A DNA stretch of 63,923 bases, the filler included, from Ministeria vibrans ATCC 50519 (lineage: Eukaryota; Protista; Filasterea), in assembly GCA_943704425.1 (NCBI GenBank). It is 6 parts of 6 records of this genome, joined end to end, with 100 filler letters (N's around TTAATTAATTAA, not from the genome) between each part and the next. Parts side by side here need not be neighbours in the genome. Positions count along the whole stretch, not along the records: positions 8,720 to 29,979 come from CALSCP010001570.1; positions 30,080 to 43,857 come from CALSCP010001721.1; 4 more parts are not named here. One strand, given 5' to 3'. Position 1 is the first letter of the stretch; the number at the start of each line of letters is the position of its first letter. The position numbers and the translations under genes were made by a program. Below, piece after piece: positions 26,066-39,002 of this stretch. The notes under the pieces were generated by a model, which was not told the origin of the DNA, searched no databases, and saw only the letters and a program-made list of their open reading frames with translations.

Positions 26066-27244
26066 TCAATCCTCAGGGAATACTGCGGTTCCGTCGAGAG
26101 GACAGTTTGGAGATGAGTCGCGCAGCCATTTCTTGATGCAGTTTGCATGGAAGACGTGCTGGCATGGCAGAGTTGTTGCCTGCTCGTCGGACAAGTAGGG
26201 TCCCAGGCAGACGGTACATACAATGGTAGAATCAAGCACGAGCGGATGACTGTCGGAGAGCTGTTCGCGTGTCAGCGAGTCGACCTTGTCGCTGGGCGCC
26301 GCGCGCTTTTTCACTGCCGTCTGGTCACTCAGGGCCAAAAGAAGATCATAGTCCTCGGGGATGATCTCTCGCGACTGCAATTCAATAAGCAGACGTGCCA
26401 ATCGTGCGTCGACACCAACTACTGCTTGCGCTGTGGTGGCCACAAGAGGTCGTGCTTCACGCGAGATGTTGAGTTGGTGCGGAACAAATGTCGGTTGCCG
26501 CACCGCACTTGAAGCGTAAGCGGTGACCCGTGAGGCGGCAATCGCTGCTTGAAGTTGTTCGTTCTCTTGTTGCTCGATAGAGCGGCGACTGGGCAAGGGA
26601 GCCCTGTAGTCGTACGGGTGCGAAGGTTGTGTTGGCGCAGGAGCGGGGTTCTTCCCCTTCTTCTTCTTCTTCCCCCTCTTCCCCTTTCCCTCGTTTTTCA
26701 GCTGAGCCAAGTGGAGGTTTCGTCGGAAGATTTTGCGCGGTTGAGCGCTCTCGCCGTAGTTCCAGGCTTGGGGGCGCCCGCCGCTCTTGGGCTTATGGAC
26801 GCGCGGTCGACTTTGCGGACTTGCATGGTAGTCGTCGGAAAGCCCCACCAAGCGAATCGTGGCAATGCTCAGGTCGTAGTCGTATTCGTCGTCACTGTCG
26901 TCCTCGTAGCGATCCTCGTAGTTGTTGTACGCGCCCGAAGGAACGAAATAGTCAACATTGTTTGGGTCGAGTTGATCTTGCGCAATTTCGCAAAAATCCT
27001 CATAAGAAGGCCCTGCCTCGCCGCTGGAGCGTCCATCGTGACTGTAGGTGATGTCGGAAAGTGTTTTGGTCAAGACGAGGTCCACGGTAGGCTCTGCTGC
27101 GACCGGCGGGCGTGATCGTCGACCCTTTCCTTTGCATCGGTCTTTGCGGAGCTGCTCGTTGGAATGAATCGCCAATGTTGTGCTGAAGGGATCCTCCATC
27201 AAGAGGGTGCACACACCGGGCGATGCAGGCTGAGAATCCGGCAT
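26066..27244 (-). CDS. RING-H2 E3 ligase with a UIM-like motif
   Basis: ENEQLQAAIAASR; EIIPEDYDLLLAL; CTVCLGPY..LPCQHVFHANCIKKWL..CPLD. Confidence 0.85.
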   Translation of the reverse strand: MPDSQPASPGVCTLLMEDPFSTTLAIHSNEQLRKDRCKGKGRRSRPPVAAEPTVDLVLTKTLSDITYSHDGRSSGEAGPSYEDFCEIAQDQLDPNNVDYFVPSGAYNNYEDRYEDDSDDEYDYDLSIATIRLVGLSDDYHASPQSRPRVHKPKSGGRPQAWNYGESAQPRKIFRRNLHLAQLKNEGKGKRGKKKKKGKNPAPAPTQPSHPYDYRAPLPSRRSIEQQENEQLQAAIAASRVTAYASSAVRQPTFVPHQLNISREARPLVATTAQAVVGVDARLARLLIELQSREIIPEDYDLLLALSDQTAVKKRAAPSDKVDSLTREQLSDSHPLVLDSTIVCTVCLGPYLSDEQATTLPCQHVFHANCIKKWLRDSSPNCPLDGTAVFPED

Positions 27245-27423
27245 GAGGAATATATATTTTTTCTCCTTGATGAAAAAATGAATGAATAAGAATTGATAAA
27301 AAAAATTCATACACAAAAATGTAATAATACACTGCATCGAAAATAATAAGGATTTTGGGTTGAACTTCATTCTTTGCTTCTCTCTCTCTCTCTTTCTCTC
27401 TTTCTCTCGCCCTCCTTTGAGTC

Positions 27424-29729
27424 TTAACACACTTCTTCAGCAGACTTGGTAAACTGAAACGCGGCGAGCTTGTCAAGACCCGAGCCGGTGGCAGAAGCAG
27501 TGGCAGTAGTCTCGCCCTCGGCCGGCTCGTCCACTTTCCCACTTGTTGCAATCTCGCTCGTGGTGGGTGTCTCGGCGTCCCCTTCTTCCATAGGGGTCCC
27601 CTCGGACTCGGGGAACTCTTTAGGTTTCATCGGTGCCAACAGAGTCTGCTTCTTGCCGGTTGCTGCCGCTCCCTTGGCAGCCGTCTTGCTTGGCGGTCGT
27701 CCGCGCGGCTTTGTCGTCTTTGTGGTTGTTGGCGACGTGGCTGCCTGGAGACGCTGTCCAAAGCTCGAGGGAGTTTCGGGCGTGGTCGGGGTTGCAGAGG
27801 AAGTCTTTGCAAACGGATTGGCTATCAAAAAGACGGTATTATATTATTATTATTATTATTATATCCTTGTTCATACCTTTCTTTTTCTTGACTGTGCTGG
27901 GTGTGTTAGCGTCGTCTTCGGAGGTCATGGCACGCTTGCGCGAGGCGGGGGCGGGTGTGGTGAAACTAGACTCGGGGAGTGCAGCAAGAACGGCATCCAT
28001 GTCGTCTTCGTCGGCATTGTGCGACACGGCCTGCGGTTGGTAGTTGTTGTTGTTGTTGTTGTCGTCGTCGTCATCGTCAGAGATTGCACCACTTGTCGAT
28101 GCATTCTTCTTCGTGGTGGCTGCCACCGATGACATGGTGGAGGCAGTTGCAATGGCGCGCGCACCCACTGCTTGACGTGCCACTTGACGGCGTGCAATTT
28201 GCACGGCTGAGCCTGGACGGTCCTGCTCGTCGTCACTGTCGTCGTCGTTGAGCATGCCGGCAGCCGCACGCTTCAGCTTGTCTTCGTGCACCTTGCGAAC
28301 AAAGTTGATGCGCTGTGCCAACGCCGACATGTGACAGTGCATGGCAATCTTGGCAGCCATGGTAAACGACTTGGGCAGCGACAGAAGAGTACACAAGTCA
28401 AGGGCACGCATGGCACGGTCACGCTTGCACGCTGCCTGAATGAGAGTCAGTAGCTTCTTGTCCATGCTCATGCGTAGCCGCAGCAGATCCTGGTCGGCGT
28501 CGCCCTCGACCACCCAGTGGCGACAGAAAGTGTCCTCACGCAGTACCTCCTCCTCAAGACGCACTGCCTCCGTCTGACCACCACACACGGGAATGTGCAG
28601 ATGGAAGGTAGACAAAATGGGTCGTGGCAGTGTCTGGGGGTAGTCGTCACCCTTACAGATGACAGCGAGAATCTCACTGCGCTCGTCGCTAATGCCCACA
28701 ATCCAGTGACGCTCCGAAGACGTCTTGCGCAGCGTCTTCATGTCCGCCATAGGCGACCAGTGGCGTCCAAAGCCACGCACAAGCAAGTACACCATGCCCT
28801 CTGAGTCACTCACTGCCGGAATGTCGCCGTCAGTAAACCCTGCCCAGGCCACGCGAGACTTGGGTGAAATACACAGCTGTCCGTCAAACACACGGCGTTG
28901 CTCTTCGCAGTCCAGCACAATACAACTATAAAAACAAAAAAAAAACACAAATAATAACCATTAATGTTCATTACTAATAAATTATTATTTTTGCATTGTG
29001 TTTTTTGGCATTATTTTTGTACCTGAGCTGTTGACCACTCTGCGCTGAAGGCGGACCGCTGTGGTAGACAATGAGCAAGAGATCACTGCCGCCAACAAGG
29101 CACACAACGGGGCCAGGAAGTGCCATCACAGCTGCACAGAGACACAAGGCAACACAATCATGTGTAAGAAAGAGCTCATCTATTCAAAATAATAAATGTT
29201 CGTTACTGCGCTGAAAGCCGGAAATGGTAAAAATTCGCAGAATCTGGCGGTCAGTGACAGCGGCCGCCCACTTGCGCCCAATCGCCACGGCCTTCACATT
29301 TTCACCCTACAAATGTCAACACACCCAAAAGTATGATTTTCTTCCCTATCTCGTCACGTTTCCTCTCTACCGCGTCCAGCTGGAGTGTCCAGTCGGCGTT
29401 AGGCGACCACGACTCAAACTTTTTGTAAAAAATGGTGCTGGGAGTGATCTCGCCCTTGCCCGCCTTGCGTTGTTCGCACGCAAACACAGCGCCCTAAAAA
29501 CACCAGAAAAGATGAATGAAATGTGTTATTTCTTTCTGTTCCTTACTTGGTCACTGAGTGCACCCATTGTAAACCCATAATGGTCTGTGACACGCACCGG
29601 CCGGTTCTTGGCCGAGTCACTAAACTCAATGTCGATGGTATTGTAGATGTGTTCGTCGCGCGAGGTGATCACGCCCACCATGTTCCACGCAAGGAAACGA
29701 CGACGACTCTCAATGGGCGTCGAGCTCGG
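27424..29729 (-). CDS. WDHD1: Ctf4/AND-1/SepB replisome hub (SepB domain and C-terminus; 5' WD40 part beyond the contig end)
   Basis: QPSSTP..RRFLAWNMVGVI, IDIEFSD, DHYGFTMGALS, HWIVGI, YPQTLPRP, RALDLC; ends KLAAFQF. Confidence 0.9.
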
Positions 29730-29871
29730 CTGAAAATACATAATAATATTAATTACCCAATAAAATAATTATAATCATAAGAGAAAATAAATAGAGAACC
29801 GAGAGCTGAACTCCATATCAAAACAAAACTATATACAAAACAAAGAGCAGCACAATACTTCCGCCGTAGAT

Positions 29872-29978
<107 letters not shown>

Positions 29979-29979
29979 T

Positions 29980-30079
29980 NNNNNNNNNNNNNNNNNNNNN
30001 NNNNNNNNNNNNNNNNNNNNNNNTTAATTAATTAANNNNNNNNNNNNNNNNNNNNNNNNNNNNNNNNNNNNNNNNNNNN
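29980..30079. other. Artificial contig spacer
   Basis: N44-TTAATTAATTAA-N44. Confidence 0.97.
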
Positions 30080-30349
30080 TGCAGGCAAGTCCTCGTCGAC
30101 TGACGCACCGACGAGGCGCAACGAACCACTCTCCGCATTGTACACTAAAAAGGCTTCAACGCCCTGCAAAGCAATCACACGCTCACACATGCCAGATGTG
30201 GGTACAACTCGCACTTTAGACGCAGTCTCTTGACCAAGGCGGTAGAGCAAAATCTCTCCAATGCTTGATAAAGCTGCCAGCTCGCCATTGCTGCTGATGT
30301 GCAAGTTATCCTCTCCATAACAGTTAGCAGAGACACGAGCAAGGCACAT
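30080..30349 (-). CDS. Unidentified coding fragment (possibly beta-propeller-like), truncated by the contig end
   Basis: Open frame with coding-like composition (NLHISSNGELAALSSIGEILLYRL...). No family recognised. Confidence 0.4.
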
Positions 30350-30405
30350 AAGGTTTCTAATCAGTATGAATAATAAATTAATAATGATTAATCTTATTTT
30401 TATGT

Positions 30406-33400
30406 TCAACACATTGTTAACAGCAAAGTGGAGGAATCGCCGACATCGCCATCCTCATCACTCCACACACTACACTCATCCTCCTCCTGCTCCTCGCTCT
30501 TGGTCATCTCGCTACCATCACGACTAGTGCAATCCACTGCCTCGGCCAAAAGACGATTGTTCTTCCCACGATCCTGTGCCTTAAACACTAGTCGGTGTGG
30601 CTCGAGTGCCGTCGACTCAGCGTTACTCTCCTCATCTGTCTCATTGTCTGTGTCCCCCACCGCCGTCTCCTCCCCCTCTTCATCATCACCATTCTCTTCA
30701 TCATCACCATTTTCGTCAACATCATCGTACAAGTTCATGCTCACACGACCCATGAGCTGCGCAATCAAGTGTTCCTTGGTAATAATACCCACAAGACGGC
30801 CTAGCCTGATGACAAACACGTACGGCAGCTTGATCATGGTAAAGAGGAAGTGCACCTCAAACGCCGGCGTCACCTTGACCACGTGAAAGGGGTTCTTGTC
30901 AATCCCATCGGCAGTCTCGTACACATCAACCGAGCGCGTGTCAAGATAGTCAAGCTCTTCCTCCGTGAGACGTCCCAGACACCGACACTTCTCATCGGCA
31001 AACTGGCAGTTGCGTCGCGTCTGCTTCAGCGCAGTGTACTTGCTAAAGAGTGCCTTGGGCGCTTTGCGCGACGTCGTCGTCGTGTGTCCTGCTGCGCTTC
31101 GTGGCAGTGAGCCTGTCTCACCCACCGCACGCGTGTCGCGGCTACTCGAGTCTTCTTCAATCTGCGGCGTGGATAGCATGGTAGAGGGCACAGAGTCATC
31201 GATCAGGTCCGGATTGAAGATGCTGGCAAAAGTCTGGTCGACAGACGCGCGGGGCCCAAGGCCGCGCAAACGCGACACGTCCAATAGGGCATCGGCATCG
31301 CACGGGCGAATCTGCTGTACACTTGCTCGTGGATCGTCGGCAATGCGCTCGAGTGCTAAAGGTCGGTGCCGTCGCCGTGACCGTTGTTGCCCAAGCAGCG
31401 AGCCCACACGCTGCTCTAACTGTATCGGGTCCGGCTGTGGCAGTCCGTCCGTCTCGTTCACAATCATTTTCTTTGCCTCGTGCGGTGATTTTACGACTTC
31501 CCCTGCCACAAGTTGACCGGGAGAGGACACATGCCCCTCTTCAACGACCTCCTCGACAGAGAATCGTTGAGGACTTGCCGCAGCTGCTTCATCTCCAACA
31601 CCTTCAACAACAGAAGTGCTAGGGCTCATCGCTACAACCGTCTCCCCCACCACATCCTCCACCGAAAAGCGATCGGGGCTTGCCACAACTGCTTCCTCTG
31701 CAATCACTTCGACAGAAAATCGCTTCGGCTCGAGGCTCGTCGCCGCGAGCCCAATACTCTCCTCAATTACATTTTCCACTGAGACGCGCGGCGAAGTCAC
31801 CACATTCGACTCTTTCTCCTTCCCTTCTTCATCCTCCACACGTTCCACCAAAAACAATTTGGGTGTGGCTTGCACTGCTGTGTCAGCGGGCGACTCGGTA
31901 GCAGCAGCAAAAGCAGCATCTACATGCACCCGCTCTTCATCGTGGAAGCCCACAATGCGCCGTGGCCGTATCTTGGCTACCACTGGTGATGTCGGGCTCT
32001 GCATTGAGACTCGTGCCTCACCGGGCGTATTCTCTTTGAAGCGTGAGTTGCGCAAGGCGGACACGCGAGGACGCTCGTTCTTGTTCGGAGGCTCCCACAT
32101 GGCCACGTCTGTGATGATCATCGACGAAGGCTCGCTACTCTTCTTGTGGTGGTGATGGTGGCGTTTGTCGTCGTTGTCGTCGTCGCCCGCCCCCTCCGCC
32201 GATTGCCTGGCTTCACCATGGACGGCAAGAGCGGCAGCAGCTTTGCTGGCAAGCGTGCTGTCGCCATCGGTGAGAGTGGGTTTGGGCGTGTTGAGCAGCG
32301 GACGATTCCAACCGGCAAAGGCGTCAGAGGTGAAGAGGGTCGCCTTGCTGACGGTGACATAGTTGGAATTGATGAGACGTGCCAAATTGACATTGTCGTC
32401 CTCGGCGGCTCCAATGCTGAGGCCTGTCGGTGCTAGTGTAATCTGTGACGTAAAGTAGATGGCTGTGCCTAGCACGGACTCTTGGCAGCTTTCCAGCAGT
32501 GGATTGGCCTCCAGTACGTCAACCATGCCGACTTCCTGGAGCACACACTCGTCGTGGACGAGTCGCTCGAGCGCCGTCCGGTCCACCGCCCCTAACAGCA
32601 AGTTGTCGTTGTCGACGAGCGGCAACGCAGCCAGGTGTAAAGCACTTGGGTCTTCGCGCAGCATTCGCGCCAAGGATCCGTACGTCGTAAAGCGATCGAC
32701 CACCTGCGGCATTTCAATCATGAGGTCGCCGGCCGTCTTGCTCGCCATCGAGTCGGTTAGCAAGCTTGGTAGGTAGGGCAGGCGTTTGGTGCGCGTAATC
32801 ATCTCGTAGACACCCTCGCCCAGCATATTTCCCACGCCAACACCGATGATGACGGCAAGGAGAATCGGCAGCAGATAGGCAAGCGAGGTGGTCATCTCAA
32901 AAAGCACGACGGCCGCCGAGACAGTGCGCGTCGTGCCGGCAAGCACTGCTGCAGCACCGACGGCTGCATAACCACCGGGAATAATGCTCGTGCCAAAGAT
33001 GTGACGAGCAATCTCACCCACAAAGCGTCCGAGCGCACCCCCCGTGACCAGGAGCGGCAGGACGAGACCAATGGGAACGGGTAGAGTGATAGAGACGGCC
33101 GCGAGAAAGAAGCGCGTGAAAAATATAACAGCAAGGTCGCCATAGATACCGGCCGAGGTGGTGCCCCAGTCGCCGGCGTTTGTTGCGTTGCTGTTGTTGA
33201 CAAGAGGCACTGGACGCAGAATGTCTTCAAAGAGTTGAATCATGGAAAGACGCGAAAACGCGCCCGGTGGGAAAAGTATCAGTCCTGTGGCCAGAGATAC
33301 GGCAATCGACAGACGGTGCGGGTGACGGAATATCCACCAGCTTTCGTACTTGCGACGAAGTACAATGACAAGATTCGACAGTCGCACAAACGCGTGGCCA

Positions 33401-33719
33401 AGCAGACCGCCACACACTCCGAGCAGGATAAAGGCGAAAAATTCAAGACGGATCCAACCAAGAGGATCGTACGGCTGCGCAAACAGCGACACATACTCCT
33501 CCTTCTGCGTCAGATACACCACGAGCGAGCCACAGACCGCCGCCACCGACGACTTCCAGTAGTTGGCCACCAGGTAGTAGATGGATGTCACCTCAATGCT
33601 GAACAGCACTCCTCCAATGGGCGCTCCAATTGCAGACGCAACTCCCACTGCCGCTGCCGCAGCAAGCACTTGTAACCTCGAAGACTATATCAAACAATTA
33701 ATAATAATAAAATAATAAA

Positions 33720-33818
<99 letters not shown>

Positions 33819-33822
33819 TATG

Positions 33823-33865
<43 letters not shown>

Positions 33866-34987
33866 TAATAGTAATAATAATAATAATAATAATAATAGTA
33901 GTAGTAATAATGATAATATTAACAAAGAATGCAACCCATTTATTGCCGATATAGTCATCACACAAAGACACATCTTTTAAAAAAATTATAATATTTAATA
34001 AAACTTTGGTACCTTTGAGTTTCGAACATGGTGAAAAAAGGGCAGTTTCATCAGGAGAGAACCCATGGCGGCGGAAATGTGCACAAATGGGCCTTCGCGA
34101 CCGCCCTGTATGCCACTTCCAAGCACAAAGACAACTCCAAGGACCTTACTGAGGAGCGTGCGAAAGCTGAGAAAGTCGGGAATGTCGACGCCGGTGAGAA
34201 TGGTGGAGATTTCGGGAATCCCTGAGCCGGCGGCCATAATGGAGATCAGGCGAACAATGGTGTAGCCGATGGTAAAGATGAAGGTGCCGTAAAAGACAAA
34301 GATGCTGTACTGGGCAACCCAGCTGGTGGTTCTGTCCATGAGAGTGATGCGGGATGAGATCAGACTGGAGATGGCGCGACTCAGACAGTAGTCAAGCAGA
34401 GCTGCAAGCGCACCAAGCAGCACCAGCAAGGCGGTCGTACCCACCTGGTGGTCGTAGAGCCACGCGAGGAAGCGATGCCAGGAACTATGGTTCAACTTTC
34501 CCGTTGACTCTGGCTCAGACAGCACGATTTTCGCTTCAGTACTCTTCATGCTACACATTAATTAATTTCATGTTTGTGTCGTTATACTCATTGCAAAGTA
34601 AACTTTTCATTGTGGTGGTACCTTGTTCCCGCAAGATAAGACTCGTAACGACGCTGGAAGGCAAGTTGCGAGGTGCCGACATCTTCGACACGGTCGCTGC
34701 AAAGTGGGGGAGGGTTCGTGGGGAGAAGAGTGCGCTGGAAAGCATGAATAGCACACTGCGTGGAGAGGAAGATGGGTGCCCACGTACATGTTGCGAGAGA
34801 GAGCGGCGCCTTCTCTGGCGAGAGCGTGTCGAAACGAGCCGTAGGCGGTCTGTTCAAAGTGGGGGTGTACAATCGGGGCCTCGCGCGCTGTCAGTGTCGG
34901 TGAGTCCGGTGCGCCCACCAGCGGATTTGGTCTTGTCCCATTCAGCAAGCGGACGGTGCTTCGTTTCCGTAATCTACCTGAAGACAT
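30406..34987 (-). CDS. CLC chloride channel, CLC-1/CLC-2 channel-type, with a very long CBS1-CBS2 linker
   Basis: GSGIPE, GREGPFVH, GAPIGGVLFSIEVT (Val at the Glu-in position), PGGYAAVGAAA, two CBS domains. Confidence 0.92.
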
Positions 34988-35282
34988 GTGAAAGAAAGTT
35001 CAAAATTATACTAAGCTTGGTCAGCAGCAAACTTGAAAGTGAAATGAAAATGAATAATTAATTTTAATCTTTTTATTGAATCAGATTCCAAACTCTACAA
35101 AATATTAATTATTTTTCTAGCGTAGGAGAGGGAGGGGGTCGGCAGGCACTAAACGGTAAACCTGATAATAAAAAATGATGAAGGCGTCAATAAACTCCTG
35201 TAATGACTAATGATGAGCAATATTTTGTTGTACAAGCTTGCGCACTTTCTTCATACTACAGGGTGAGTTACGAAAAGTCTCT

Positions 35283-36290
35283 TTACAATCCGTAGAGGGC
35301 AGCGGAAGAGACCATGACGGGCGAGTCAGCATTTCCTCCGCCGCCGGATGACGGCGCAGTGCCGCGTGTTGACGTAGCAGTGGCAGCTCCCGACGCGGCA
35401 TTCAAAGCTGTTCTTGTTGCACTTGCGGCAGGCGTAGTAGTTGTAGTAGTAGTAGTAGTAGTAGTAGAAGAAGTAGAAGAGGTTTGTAAGGGAAGTGTCG
35501 TTGATGGTGGAGGAGGTAGTCTGGTAGTCGATTGAGATGGGGGCATTCTCAATGCAGCAATGGGCCTCATGGGGTGTCGTGAGCGGCGACGGCGATCCGC
35601 TGCCGTCTCCTTTTCAATGTAAAATGCGGGTGGTTCTGAGTCCGGTGTGATCCCGCTTTGGAGCTGTTGCTGCTGCAGTGCGGCGCGCTCGGACTTGCTG
35701 AGAAAACGCCCTCCCTCGCCGCGCTGTCGCTTCATTGCATGCTTATGTCGCGAGTCATGTAAGTATGGCTGCAAGAATAACACCGTTAGCTTCGTCGACA
35801 TTTGAAAGACGTACCTTGCGTTCTTTGGAGATTCGCATTTCATTTTCCAGCTTGGCTCGCGCTTGTCGTCGCTTCAAAATGCGGTTGTACTGTTTCGCAT
35901 TGACGTACATGGGTTGATCGTCTTCGACAGGCGCGTCGCCGTACGCCGCCGTGTCCGGCCCTGCTTCGGCGTAGCCACTCGCCTGCAACGGGGAACCACA
36001 CCACAAAGTACACATGAGCAAGTGACGCCGACCAAGCTCACAAGGGGGTTGGTGGAAGGGTTGTACAGAGGGAGATGATAGAAATAATAAAAAAAAGCTC
36101 AACGTTTTCTTGTCCATACCGCTGCTGTGTGCTGCGTCATTGCAGCCCACATGGCATACATTGCTTCTTGGGACTGTACATCTACCCCAGGGGCAGCGGC
36201 GGCGGTGGAGAGGCCTGCGGCCTGCTGTACAGCGTACAGTTGCAATAGAGCGCGCTGTTGGTCTTCAAGCGTGCCATCGTGCGGGTCCAT
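35283..36290 (-). CDS. NFYA: CCAAT-binding factor subunit NF-YA/HAP2, 3 exons
   Basis: PMYVNAKQYNRILKRRQARAKLE..RK|PYLHDSRHKHAMKRQRGEGGRF. Confidence 0.95.
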
Positions 36291-36533
36291 TGTTGTACCA
36301 ACCGTGCCAACCCTCTCCCTCTATCTCTCGTTCTTTCTTTCTTCCTGAACGCGTGAGAGAAAGACTCAGAAAGTCGTAAGAACTGTCAAACTGTTATGAA
36401 AAATATGAATCAAAAATCAAATTAATAATTATCCAAGGGAGTTGAGAGATGGTGACAAACGTGGATAATTATTTTTGAGCACTATCAAAGACCCACGCCA
36501 ATGTCGCCAAAAGATAAACATACTCTTTTATTG

Positions 36534-38852
36534 TCATCGACGAGGTTTCGTCGATTTTGCTGCGCCTTTGCCCTTCTTTGCAGCCCCCTTGGTCGCCTGT
36601 GCGTCAGCGGGACGTTTCTTCGGAGGGTTCGCCGAGGGGAGCACCTTGAAGAAGCTGTCGAGACGGCCCTGAGGTTTGGTGTTGAATGATTTGGACAGCT
36701 TGGCGGCGCCCGCACGAATACGGTCCTCCTGAAAACCCTTCTCCTTGCACATAAACTGGATCAGTGGCTCCAGGTCAACATCCGTCCACTTGAGCTACGT
36801 ATCAAATGCGTGAGTGACGCAGCCTTTTGGGTGGGCGAGTGAGAGGATGTGTGGAACTCAAGCTGATTTGAACACACACGAATAAATACGTGCATACGCG
36901 TAGAAGCCAAACAAAATGATGTCAAACAAGTGCCCAGATGTGCAAATCAAACAAAGCAAAGAACATGCCAAACGCAACAAATGGGCCAACAAATGAATGA
37001 GCCAAACAAAATGATGTCAAACAAGTGCCCAGATGTGCAAATCAAACAAAGCAAAGAACATGCCAAACGCAATAAATGGGCCAACAAATGAATGAGCCAA
37101 ACAAAATGATGTCAAACAAGTGCCCAGATGTGCAAATCAAACAAAGCAAAGAACATGCCAAACGCAACAAATGGGCCAACAAATGAATGAGCCAAACAAA
37201 ATGATGTCGGTGCCAAAACAAGTGCCCAGATGTGCAAGTCAAACAAATACAGACAAAGAAAAATAGGGCAAAACCAGGGCACACAATATAGATGGGCCAA
37301 ACGAGTCCACAAATGTGTGTGTGAAACATGCATGCGATGAAAAACAATCTAATACAATTCGCACCTTGACATCGTCGGAGGGAGTCACTTCGGCCTCCTT
37401 AAATAGTAGTCGTGCCGCAGCAAACGGCTAAATGCACGTTCAATCAGACAGGGAATCACTTGGCATTTGGCTTTTGACGTTTGTCGCGCTTACCCAGTTT
37501 TCTGGCACTTTGAATTTGGTGCGGTCAATGTGCTCGAGAACCGTTTCAATGTTCTTGTACTTGCGAATAAAGTCAATTGCTTTGGCCGGGCCAATTCCTA
37601 ACGTACATACGCATGAGCGAGCCCCTTTTGTTTTCCGCCCAAAATTGTACCTTTGATGGAGTCGCAATAGTCGCAGCCAAGAAGTATACACAAATCAATA
37701 AAACTGTCCATTGTCAGGTCAAGCTCGGCCAGTGCTTTGGCAATGGAAAACTCCTGTATGACAGCGTAGCACACAGTTGTGTTATGCTCAGCTATTGGTG
37801 GTGCTACTTGCTACCTTAATGGGAAGCTTTCGGGCTTCGCTGAAGGTTAGATGGCGAAGGAGGACGGGACTGGCAAAGGTCAGGGCGTCCATGTCCTCCG
37901 TTGCCGTCGCAAATACCTTCCCGCTCTTGCACAGTTCCGCACATTGCGCTGCAAATACACGTCTATTTAGGCGCATACATGAAGATATACTCGTGTGATA
38001 CACACATACCCTCGGCCTCACAGGGTGCCTCAACAAACGGCACACCCATGAGTTTCAAGAGCTTCTTCACGTCGTCGTTGTGCTGACGCGTCACCTTCAC
38101 TAGACGCTTGTTGAATCGTTCAATATCATCGGCATTGCCAGCCTAAAGGTACATATACACACACACACACAGCTCAGATCAGATCAGAAAACACTCAGCT
38201 TCATCTCCACGGTCACCTCTTCCGCCTCCTTGAGTCCCTTTTCCGCCTCCGCTCGCTTCTCCGTTCGCTTTTCGAGCTCGCCGCTCTTCAACTGTGGCGG
38301 CTTTCCGTCAAAGACGTACACGGGCTTGAGGCCGTTCTCAATCATGCGAATGGTCCGGTAAAAGAATCCCATCAAGTGACTGGTGTTTGTGTGTCAACAG
38401 GTCTTTCAAGTGAACCTCCTTTTCCCCCTCACCTCGTCGTCTCCCCAGCGTCGTTTTGCAGGACAGACCCTTCGGAGCGTACCGCAATGAGAAACTGATA
38501 CAGCGACATGCTCGCGTCAATGGCAATCTTGCGTCCAAAGTAGTTCTAAAACGCACACACACAGACACACACAAAACCAGTCTCAATGAGTTCGCCACTC
38601 TCAGTCTCTCTGTCACGCCCCCGAAAATATCCCAACGCTGCTACTCGGGCACTCACACACGCTCAATATCGGCGGGTGTTACACAAACAGAGTCCGAAGG
38701 GCTTTCCGTTGTCTCTCTTGCGTTTCGCGCGCCATTTCTTTTTTTCTTTTCTTTTTTTTTTTCTTCTTTGTTTTTCAAACCTTCATCACGCCCTCTTTCA
38801 TACACCCTGGAGCATGATCCGCAAGCAATTTCGACAGTCCTTGAATCCCCAT
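36534..38852 (-). CDS. FEN1: Flap endonuclease 1, multi-exon
   Basis: [58 protein letters not shown]-terminal PIP box QGRLDSFF. Confidence 0.97.
36906..37250. repeat. 95-bp tandem repeat (about 3.6 copies) in a FEN1 intron
   Basis: Unit beginning GCCAAACAAAATGATGTC recurs at 36906, 37001, 37096 and 37191. Confidence 0.9.
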
Positions 38853-39002
38853 CGTATTTTAAGACTATGTATATATAAAAATGAAAAAATGAGAAAAATA
38901 CTATAAGATAAAATCGAACAACATTTCCAATATTAATTTATCACAAATTCACAATAATAATAATAATAATTATTATTATTATTCATCATTAAATTTGACT
39001 GC

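Noticed and set aside
33690-33971. Poly-Ile ORF, and similar poly-ER/SL ORFs elsewhere
   Set aside because: They are translations of (AAT)n and (CT)n microsatellites in introns.
36906-37250. CRISPR-like array
   Set aside because: Contiguous 95-bp tandem units with no unique spacers, inside a eukaryotic intron.
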